DNA of 64,000 nt. Origin: Eledone cirrhosa. Lineage: Eukaryota. The notes beneath the pieces are model-generated. The model saw only the letters and a list, made by a program, of their open reading frames with translations, did no database searches and had not been told where the DNA came from. Positions 13,477 through 22,988 of this stretch are shown here, piece after piece (position 1 is the stretch's first letter; each line of letters opens with the position of its first letter). A program made the position numbers and the translations under genes. The stretch covers positions 33,480,001-33,544,000 of the forward strand of contig OZ024758.1 of assembly GCA_964016885.1 (NCBI GenBank), read 5' to 3'.

Positions 13477-14256
13477 TCTATATATATAAAACTGTGGTTG
13501 TCTGTCTGTCTATCGAATTTTGGCACACATCTCCTCTTAGAATCTCTCACGGAATTGCACCGAAATTGCTATACTTGTACATTGAGCCCTAGCGAAGACA
13601 TCGGAAAAAAAAAATTTCAAATTGACCCACCCTATGTGACGAAATCGAATATAATGTATCGATTTTTGAGCGTAAGTTATCAGTTATTTCCCTTTGCTCT
13701 GTTTACATTGAGCGTCTTACGTAAAAAATTACGCTGGCTTTCTCAGCGTTTAAAATGACATTAACACAATACACGAACAGATCAGTTCGAACACTAAGCT
13801 TCCGTTTTGCTTCATTTCCATTTAAAAGCATTTTAAAACAATATTTTTACTTGAAAACAAGTCTATTTAAAGACTACGTAAAACAAGCAAATATTTCAGG
13901 CGTGCAGACAGACAGTCGTGCAGAGAGGTGATATAGGCGTGCAGACAGACATAACTGATAATTTGGTTACGCTAATGTTTTTCTCTGCGTTGCAGTGTTT
14001 ACATTTTCGATCTTTGTTAATAAATAACCAGTGCAGTTTTTATCCCCAGCATCCTCTTTTGTTATAACATTCGGGTTATCGTTATGTTTTCTTAACTTCA
14101 TAAGGCATATTGTTGGTTGAGGGAATATTAATCAAAAACACCACATGCAAGTCTGCACAGTAGACACTACAGTTTTTAAGCCAAAAAAGAAACTTAACAT
14201 TGTAACTTTAACACAGCTACTGAGCGACCCCGAGCAACGCCGGGCTTTACTGCTAG
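13477..14256 (+). mobile_element. Non-autonomous Helitron, 780 bp
   Basis: Starts TCTATATATATAAAA and ends CTAG, with subterminal GC hairpin CCCG(A)GC-AAC-GCCGGG at 14229-14244. Inserted between A and T without TSD. Empty sites GCCAA|TTATC at 25729|25730 and 32277|32278. Confidence 0.93.
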
Positions 14257-14910
14257 TTATCTATGTATAACAAGATATGAATTTTTCTAGGGATGGGGAA
14301 ATTTTCAGTTTGTTTTTATATTTTCACTTCATTTTTTACTTTCTATTTAATACAGTCTTTGATCCAATATAATCCTGACAGTATTTGAACCAGTTTACCT
14401 CATATCTGTTAGAACACGAAAAGTGTGAAACAACAAAATGTTTACTTTTCGTGTTCTATCGTGTTCTAACATATATGCCTAACTTCTTCATAAATTTTCC
14501 CGGGATAGCCGTGGTGGTGGTGATCGTATGTCATTGGCTAATTTTCAACCAATCAGAGTAAGTGTTGATATATATATATATATATATATATACTATTCCC
14601 CCTCTCTCTATATATATCTTACGCTTTCGCTTTACACTCCTCCCCTTCAATAACACATTTCCCCCTCTCTATATATCTCTTCCACTGTTACTTACGCCTG
14701 TTTCTCTCTATCTGTTCCGTCTCTATATATATCTCTCTTACTCTTTCGCTTTGCACTCCTCCCCTTCAATACCATCTCCCCCCCTCTCTATATATTTGTT
14801 ACTCTATCGCTGCACGCTCCTCTCCTTCAATATATATTATTACACACGCTTTACACTCCTTTATCCCCAGCGCCCCTATATATACACCCCCCCCTCCCGC
14901 ATCTATATCT

Positions 14911-14955
14911 TTGCCTTTCATCTTTACGGGATCGATAAAATAAAGTACCAGTAAT
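14911..14955 (+). mobile_element. SINE 3' fragment (also ~34810-34853)
   Basis: TTGCCTTTCATC..T.CGGG.TCGATAAAATAAAGTACCAGT. The same tail recurs at ~17795-17833. Confidence 0.6.
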
Positions 14956-15327
14956 ACACTGTCACTATAAGTAGACGACTTTCAAATTGAATTGTTGGTT
15001 CCATTTCTTTAGTATTTTCAATTGTAGTTATCTACTTAAAAAGCGTTACACGGTTAGAGACATAATTGGTAAGTTATATCTTCCCTATTAAACCATTGCA
15101 TTATTTCGCCTACAATAGAACAAAAATTAAATGTTCTTTAAAGAAACAGGAATATAACTTTATAAAAAAAAAAGTTGCATCCGCTTCTTTTATCATTGAT
15201 AATTTTTTCGTTTTAATATTAATTGTTTTTTGTAGTTGTTTATATTAAAAATCTTACTGTAATATTTACTTAAACGAAGGCAGACATCTAAACTTATAGA
15301 TTAATCTTGAGCGAAGGACTAGATAAA

Positions 15328-15412
<85 letters not shown>
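15328..15412. repeat. (CT)n(AT)n microsatellite
   Basis: Direct reading. Shorter allele at ~35227-35280. Confidence 0.95.
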
Positions 15413-15413
<1 letters not shown>

Positions 15414-15416
15414 AAT

Positions 15417-15630
15417 AAACGAAGAATGATAACATTTCAAGCAAAGAGTTTAATTAGGTAATGACTTACAAATTTGTTTCAGTATATATTTAATATAATA
15501 TTAATATATTTTGTAATATTATTAACTAATTATTATAATTAGCGCTTCAGGCTTTGTCTATATACTGAAACAAATTTGTAAGTCATTACCTAATTAAACT
15601 CTTTGCTTGAAATTTTATCACTCTTCGTTT
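15417..15630. repeat. ~72-bp inverted repeat pair around an AT-rich ~70-bp loop (second copy 35284-35497)
   Basis: AAACGAAGAATGATAACATTTCAAGC...CAGTATATA (15417-15488) is the near-perfect reverse complement of 15559-15630. Confidence 0.9.
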
Positions 15631-15822
15631 TGAATTTCTCCTAAGTATTCAATACTCTGTTGAGAAATACATTTTACATAAACAGTCTTTGTACCATTTA
15701 TACGGTATTAATTACTTATATTTATATATATATATATATATAGCGTATGATTAGAACTGTGTTTATTATTAATATTTTAATGGATTTAATGAAAAATTTT
15801 AGGTGTTCATATATATATTCTA

Positions 15823-15881
15823 AAAATGCGCGAAATCGTGAATCCGCGATAGTTGAACCGCCAAGTAGCGAGGTATCACTG
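15823..15881 (+). mobile_element. Tc1/mariner-pogo (Tigger-like) MITE right end
   Basis: CCGCGATAGTTGAACCGCCAAGTAGCGAGGTATCACTG|TA ends ACTG followed by TA, typical of Tigger-like ends. Left end not found. Confidence 0.5.
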
Positions 15882-15909
15882 TATATATGTTTAAATATAT
15901 AGTGTAGCT

Positions 15910-16374
15910 GTGATGTATCTCGCGAGTGAATCGAGACCTGTCACTGATTTTGGTGTCCCCACTGCCGATGTGAATGAGCAACGCTGCACTTGTGAATTGG
16001 GTCTTGATGTTGCAGGCAGTTCATATACTTACAATGATGCGGTCCCACAAGCTTGTTCACATTCCTGTGCTAATAATCTAGATGGGCGTATTAAATTGGA
16101 TGTGAAAACAGCTTACCGGATGCGGAATCGGGAGAAGTTGAGACAAAAACAGGCCGATTATAGAGCTGTGAATTTTGCTAAATTAACACAAAAACAGGCC
16201 AAGTATAGATGTTCAAAACGGTATGAGTTGGCAAACAAGCAGGCCAAGTATAGATCTGCAAATTCAGCTATTATATCTCAAAAGCAAGCCGAGCGTAGAG
16301 CTTCTAAACGTACCGAGTTGGCTAAAGAGCAGACCAAGTACAGATCTGCAAATATCTTATTGCACAAACAATAA
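15910..16374 (+). CDS. 154-aa ORF with ~6 basic 15-aa repeats, probably a transposon protein remnant
   Basis: AYRMRNREKLRQKQ / ADYRAVNFAKLTQKQ / AKYRCSKRYELANKQ / AKYRSANSAIISQKQ / AERRASKRTELAKEQ / TKYRSAN. Non-microsatellite composition. Expression unknown. Confidence 0.4.
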   Translation: MMYLASESRPVTDFGVPTADVNEQRCTCELGLDVAGSSYTYNDAVPQACSHSCANNLDGRIKLDVKTAYRMRNREKLRQKQADYRAVNFAKLTQKQAKYRCSKRYELANKQAKYRSANSAIISQKQAERRASKRTELAKEQTKYRSANILLHKQ

Positions 16375-16585
16375 TTCTGCACAAATGTTGCTCCATTATT
16401 AGATCTAATGTTGCAACGATACAGTTAAATGTTGTCTGTGTATTTTAAAAAAGATTTGCTTATAATCTTTTCAAATTTCATTACGCCAATGATTCAAGCT
16501 CAAATTGACATTATCTAAAAAATTGTACAAACAGCGGTGGATTAGCAGTAGTGAACAGATAAATCAGTCAATTTATTAAGATTGA

Positions 16586-17239
16586 CTTGGCATCAATCAG
16601 CAAGACCTTCATTAGCTGCTCTCCAGCCATCTATTTAAAGCTGTATACATCTATGGTACGAATACACTTGGAGTTCGCGTCATCAGTCTGGAACCTCTAT
16701 CTTGCTCAGAACATTGACCTCCTGGAAACTGTTCAGAGACATGCAACCAAGCGCATACCCTCCATCAGACACCTACCATACCCTGAATATTTTGCTTCCC
16801 TCTGGCAATGGACTTGGTAAACACCCACAAAGTTATTAACCATCCGACCAACAACAACCCCGAACACCTTTTTGATCTCCATGTATCTAACACGTGGACA
16901 TGCCTACAAAGTCAGAAAACAACACAGCTCCCATGACTTTAGGAAATATTTCTTCATGCTCAGAGTTGCTGAAGGATGGAACAAACTTCCTGCATCAGTT
17001 GTTAGCTGATGACAAACTGCATCCTTTAAAACCATCATACATTCCGAAATACACCAAAACTACACCTGATGTCCCCCTTCCATACACATGCACATATGTG
17101 TATATCATGACTCATGCACTGTTCTTTTTTCATGACGTTTTTATATTACCCTATGTATTATATATGCACTTTTGATGAGTTGTAGTGCACCTCAGCATTG
17201 TACACAATATTTTCATTATTATTATCATTATTATTATTA
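16586..17239 (+). mobile_element. 5'-truncated CR1-like LINE 3' end with (ATT)n tail
   Basis: LYTSMVRIHLEFASSVWNLYL..NIDLLETVQRHATKRIP, then TRGHAYKVRK..FRKYFF..RVAEGWNKLPASVV, then an ATT-repeat tail at ~17215-17239. Confidence 0.85.
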
Positions 17240-17709
17240 CACTCATTGATCCATTTTGCACTAACTCTGCATCAAGCACCCTCACCTAAATATTAACCAA
17301 TCAAGGATCCAATACAGCTATCTGTTGGATGAGTATTGTATAGTGCCAAAAACGAAACCAATCAGTTTAGCAGAAAGTTTCCAGACAAGAAACACGCATA
17401 TTTTGCTATCCTCAAACACGTTTACACATGGCATGAAATATAACTAATCCGAGATGGCTAGGTTTCATCTTCTAACTGGATATACGAAATCCATTATGTC
17501 TTGACAACAACATGAGGTAACATTATGTTATTCACAGACACACTTTGTACACTGTTCCATATCAGAATGTATTTCCTTCGTCACATTCACAAACAGTATT
17601 GAAAATATGTTCTTCGGCAAATAAAAATGTTTTGTTCATAATATTTCAACTAGCGATTGCTCTACTCCACGCACGACCACCATAAATTAATGACCAGCTC
17701 AACACAAGT

Positions 17710-17880
17710 ATTGGTAGAGCGTCAGACACCATGCTTTGCAGTATTGTTATGGTCCTTTGCATTCTAAGTTCAAATCCTGCCGAGGTTAACTTCGACTTTC
17801 ATACTTACTAATTCGATAAAATAAAGTACCAGTAATGGACTGCCGTAATGGATTTGTGCCGAAAAATAGAAACACTATTA
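17710..17880 (+). mobile_element. Degenerate tRNA-derived SINE
   Basis: GGTAGAGCGTCAGAC...AGTTCAAATCCTGCCGAGGTTAACTT...TCGATAAAATAAAGTACCAGT. Confidence 0.6.
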
Positions 17881-18432
17881 ATGTGCAATAAGAGCAAAAT
17901 ATAACGACATTGCTCAATTATTTTATCTAATGTTGTAATAACGCAAGGAAATGTTGTTTGTGTATTTTTTTTTTATATTTGCTCATAGGATTTTACAATT
18001 TCGCTCAGCCAACAACTATTAAAAAGTGAGTTGCTTAAGATAACAATTTAATCACAAATTGTTGCTATCTTTTAATACACTCCAACAAGTCATCAAATTA
18101 TGTACAATAAAAACAAATCTTATTAATTTGCTCAGGGAATATAAAGAAAATGTATATACACTGATAATTGCAATTGTATGTAAATATTTTGTTTTTGTAT
18201 TGTTTATTTTATGTTTTCTATTATGTATAATATATTGATTTAATATTGATTGTTTTTTGTAGTTGTTTATATTAAAAGTCTGAAAATATTTTTATACATC
18301 TTACACTAATATTTATAAGATAATTTATAATAACAATTACATAATCTAATTACATTACAACGATAATTTATTATTAATATATATCCTGTTTAACTAGAGT
18401 TATTACAAGCGTTGCCTTAAAAAAATATTAAA

Positions 18433-19387
18433 CTAGACATGAAAAATGCGCAAGCTCAAAAGAGCCACAGAATGTTATAATAAACCTTCAAAAGTGTGGG
18501 ACTAGAGTTGTTGCTAAAAAATATTGTAATCATTATATATCGTACATTCTGTGGCATCCTTTATAAAAATAGCTTAAACCAACGAAGCCTTTATTTTTAC
18601 GCTATTTCACTTAGTTAATTCTTAGAGTGTAACATATAAAAATAAATACATCTATGTTTAATGTAATAACAGCTATAAATAATTACGTAATATTATTATC
18701 ATATACTCATAGTAACAAAATAATTGTGTTGAAAATTAATATGATGCTTATATGAACGATCAAATCTATAATGATAATTTCTTAAATATACTAATAGTAA
18801 AATAATTTAGTTATCTATTGTTACATTTTCATAGAACTATAATATTAACAATCGTATTGCATTATCAAATTTTTATCACTACAAACTTTCATATTGGAAT
18901 TACCTGAAGCCACTTATTATTACTTCGCTTTCGTACTTTTACAGCTGTAGATATTGCGCTGTATCTTATATCTAATATCAATATCTCATGGTAATTTGCA
19001 TGCAGTGTAAAATAGGTTTATTAATAACTTTAATATGAAATGTATTATACAGGGCTGCGGAGTCGGCCAAAAATTGACTGGCTCCAACTCAGGATCCGAT
19101 ACTCCATTATTTCCTAAATTTCAGCTCCGCAGCTCTGTTATTATATTAATTAATTTATTTTATAGTTGTAAATCATATTTTTATATGTTACACTCTAAGA
19201 ATTAACTAAGTGAAATAGCGTAAAAATAAAGGCTTCGTTGGTTTAAGCTATTTTTATAAAGGATGCCACAGAATGTACGATATATAATGATTACAATATT
19301 TTTTAGCAACAACTCTAGTCCCACACTTTTGAAGGTTTATTATAACATTCTGTGGCACTTTTGAGCTTGCGCATTTTTCATGTCTAG
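18433..19387. mobile_element. Foldback/MITE with ~210-bp terminal inverted repeats
   Basis: 18433-~18644 (CTAGACATGAAAAATGCGCAAG...) is almost exactly the reverse complement of ~19176-19387 (...CTTGCGCATTTTTCATGTCTAG). Confidence 0.9.
19050..19137. mobile_element. 88-bp hAT-type MITE nested in the foldback element
   Basis: TIRs CAGGGCTGCGGAG / CTCCGCAGCTCTG. 8-bp TSD GTATTATA / TTATTATA (7 of 8 match). Confidence 0.75.
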
Positions 19388-19653
19388 TATATGTATGCAC
19401 ACACAACACTCAAGTTTCGCCATCTACTGCTATTTCATTCATATTTATTGTTTAATTAACTCTGGTCTAATTCATCAACTATTGTTAATTATATTATTAC
19501 GTAGATTTCTTATAAAATTTAGTGCATATATACGTGTATATATACAGGGAGACACTGTAATAGATGTAAAGAGAGTGGGAGATAGAGTTATAGAAGTAAA
19601 GAGAGGGAAAGAAATAAGCGGTAGATAGAGTAATAGATGTAAAGAGAGGGTTA

Positions 19654-19830
19654 GAACGTTCAACTTGACAGTCAGTACAATGTTCAGCATGGTAGCCAGT
19701 ACATATGCCAACTACCCAACCGGCCAGCCAGCCGTATTTGCGGTTGACTGGCCAGTTGGGCGGTTGGTATATGGAACGTTCAACTACGCAGTCAGTACCA
19801 AAGTTCAACATTGTAGCCAGTGCATATGCC
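19654..19830. repeat. ~56-bp direct repeats (120-bp spacing) bracketing a 72-nt GC-rich imperfect palindrome (also at +6490 and about +13038)
   Basis: GAACGTTCAACT..CAGTCAGTAC..GTAGCCAGT.CATATGCC at 19654 and 19774. Hairpin at 19702-19773. Confidence 0.85.
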
Positions 19831-20547
19831 GATCGCCGCGCCCTCTTTGCTCTATTTTAGTGACCTGGAACTAAGTAAAAAGAGTAGGAGATAACTCGAC
19901 AAAAGCGGAGAGGGTGAGATTCGAACCATGTAAAGTCGTTGGCTCCTGAAGTTCGTAAGCTGAGCAACGCCGGCAGCAAGGCAAATCGCGCATAAAATAA
20001 CACTTATATCGACAAAATAAAACAAAAATTTCAATGTTGCACTCTTGTTTGTTGTTCTTTTATTTTACGTAAACATTTCGCTGCTCTAGCCTCTTATTTC
20101 CTATTAGATTACACTTAATTCCATTAAACATTCATTCTTAGTCTCGTGGTAAACTATTTCATCTATATTTATATCGCTGTTACAGCCTTTTATTTCTACA
20201 TCTATCACCTATAGCCACTGTTACGCCGGTAGTATAAGTAGCTTTATAACAAGAAACGATGATATAACTCCACAAAATGTGTTCTTGAGCAAGACACTTC
20301 ACTTCATATTGCTCCAGTACACCGAGTTACACATAGACAGATACATACATACACATATATATGTACACAGATAGAAATAAGAGGGAGATAGAGTAAAAGA
20401 TGTAAAGATAGTGTAAAAGATTTAAAGAGAGGGTGAGAGTGTGACACACATTTATCTGTCTATCTCTCTCTATTTTAACACCGGTCGTTATAATTAGTTT
20501 TATAACACCGCTATATTACCGACATGAAAGAGGTAAATAATTATTTT

Positions 20548-20602
20548 TTAAATGTATAGAACATGTTTCTCTTGTCTTCTTAAATGTATAGAACATGTTT
20601 CT
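20548..20602. repeat. ~23-bp direct duplication TTAAATGTATAGAACATGTTTCT
   Basis: Two copies at 20548 and 20580 (also 27038/27070). Confidence 0.9.
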
Positions 20603-20987
20603 TATTTATATTCTTAACATAGCTACGACCTTATCTCATTTACTGGTCTCTACTTTTAGGACTTTGCTGGTCCCATGTGCCCTCCATCAAGACACACTCG
20701 TCCCTTCTCTGAGCCCCCGTACTAATTACTACACATACGTATATATATTTATTTTAAGAAACCTGAATGACAAATAATATAAAGTGTTTGTAAAGTGGGG
20801 AAGAGTAGTTTTACGGTGCAGTTGTTATATAGATATCGTTTTTGCAGTGGGGTTGTGACTGGCGTATAATAATGAGTCACTGTTGATGTATATACAAATC
20901 ATATTTTGGATATAAGTGAAGTTATTTAAGAGATTTAGTTGTTTTGTATACATTCCAGTTGTTGTCTCCCTGTTTCTTCTTCAACAA

Positions 20988-22988
20988 CTATAACGGTACG
21001 CGATGGGGCCCACCCACAGCCCCGGCGGACAGAATGGAGAAGGCGTTTCCCCGGAGCACGGCAAGGGAGACGCGCTGGAAAAGCCACTCCAACTCGCGGG
21101 GCTCACACCTGCGGCTGGCCAGCTCAGCGCCTATGGTGGTGAGTAAGGAGGTAGCCCTGGGGCCGAGGACACCAGAAGTCTCCACTTCCAGGGGTACGAC
21201 CGCAAACCTGTCGGAGAGCGACCGATATGTGAGGAGTTTGGCCCCCTCAGCCTGACGTGCAGCAGAACCTGGGCCAGTCGCAGACTGCACCAGGTTGCGG
21301 CTGCAGAAAGTGTCGGTGCAAGTGGCATCCCAGACGAGGGGTTTGCCACCGCGGAACGGGAAGATGGTCATGCCATCTGGCCTTTTGCCGTCCCCTGGAG
21401 CTGGGAAGGGAAGCCTGCAGCGTCCAAGCCATGCTTAATGACTTCGTTGAGGGCAGCATGGCGTGGATTGCGGCTGGCACTGTGGCGACAGGAAAGCGGG
21501 TGGAGGCCGAAAGAGTCCATTTTGGAACCGCAGCGACATTGGTGTGAGGCCGAGCCTCAGGGAACCACCGATGCGCAAGCTATGGTTGTCTAGCTGCGTG
21601 CGAGTGGAGAAGGAGGGCAGGGCATGGAGCCAGCACCACTGTTGGGTTTGGAGGCCGCACGAAAACAAACAAGGCGGTGCTGGTCGAGCTGGCGCGTGAG
21701 CCTGTCTGAGGCCAGGCTGCACTGGATGGCATCCCAAGTGTGTTGGGGGGACTTGACGTCAACATGGGGAGAAGGAGGAGGAACGTCTACTGGGCTAAGT
21801 CCTAGCCGGTCCCACGTCTCACAGGCGGCCACGCGTTCTCTGAACACAGAGGGTTCTGTTGTGTTTTGAAGAACCCTGCTGAGGAGGACGTGGTACGAGG
21901 TTACCGACGAAAGATACGCCGGCAAAGCTAGTGAGATCGGGGACTGGAGGTGAAGGCCGCCATACCTGACAGGTAAAGTTGCATATCTCATCGGCTGCTG
22001 CTCGGATACAAGTCTGGGTGTAGCACAGAGTGTATAGAGGAGCTTCGGCATGGCGTAGCAGTTCCTCAGTAGAAAGAGAACTGGGTGGCCATCAATCAAG
22101 CCCAGTCGGCTCGTGAGAGTCTGGACTTGATGGTGGAGCGGATGGCCGGCGGGTGGATCGGTGAGGGCATCCTCTTTGGGGGTCACCTGAACCTGGCGGA
22201 GAATGGACCGAACGTCCAAGACGGAGACTGCAAAGCTTGCAGCATCGAGGCTGACATTCACCACCTCCGACTTGGCTGAGTTGACCTGGAGGTCGATTCT
22301 CGCCAGGGCAGGAACCACCAATTGAAGGTCATGGCAGACCGTCTGTACGGGCCCACCCAAAGTAGCATCATCCAGATACCAAACGTTGAGAGGGGCCGTT
22401 ATACTCCGGGCGATGTGGTCAATACCAAGGGTGAACAGGAGGGGTCCCAAAGGGTTGCCCTGTTGGATCCCAGTAGCCAAGGGTATGACCGTATCAGCAG
22501 CATGGCGCATGCTCGAGGCTCCATATGACAGGTAGGCTGAGGGGGCTCGGCTGAGGCAGGCCTCGAGCAGATGATCCCAGCGTAAAGAGTTGAAGGCATT
22601 CCTCATGTCACACTTGACAATGAGGTGGCTGGAGGCCCTGGATGCCGGTTCCGAGTGTTACGGACTTGCAAATTACCTTGGCAGCTAGCCTCCGGAAGAC
22701 ATTGCCCACAGCAATGGGGCGTATGCCACCCTCTTTCTTCCTGAGAGCGGTGAGGCTGGCCGAAAAAAAGAGGCCTCGAGCGTAAGAGACCGGGGCGCCA
22801 TGGATGAGCCTATTGGTGAGCGCCACAATTGCACTCAGAAGGCGGCGCCCGGCCTCAGCGGAGAGGGGAGATATCAACTCCTTGAGGAGGCCTGGTCAGA
22901 GACCATCAACATCTCCGCAGCTGCTAGCTGGGAAGGACCTGATGGCGGACATGATGTCTGCATCAGAAGCCACAAGGAGCAAGTGTGG
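20988..22988 (-). pseudogene. 5'-truncated, decayed CRE-clade non-LTR retrotransposon (RT, CCHC knuckle, restriction-like endonuclease), copy 2
   Basis: RT motifs GGIRPIAVG, FDMRNAFNS, QQGNPLGPLLF, WYLDD. Zinc knuckle CRCG..MD..GLHPLSC....R..RH..LN. RLE motifs GKRPDGMT..P...GKPLVWDATC...AE..K...Y...VET.G..G...FQRVSLAVLRGNA. Frameshifts and in-frame stop (DGL*PG). Confidence 0.9.

Larger units (their letters stand above)
14405..19387 (+). mobile_element. ~5 kb composite Helitron-like segment (TC...CTAG in an A|T site, no TSD)
   Basis: Filled site CCTCATA|TCTGTTAG...CATGTCTAG|TATATGTATGCAC versus exact empty site CCTCATA|TATATGTATGCAC at 25877|25878 and 32425|32426. No canonical 3' GC hairpin seen. 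Confidence 0.6.

Noticed and set aside
21590-22606. Functional reverse transcriptase gene (retron/DGR/telomerase-like system)
   Set aside because: Motifs and the downstream RLE identify a CRE-clade LINE. It is 5'-truncated, frameshifted, has a stop and apparent internal deletions.
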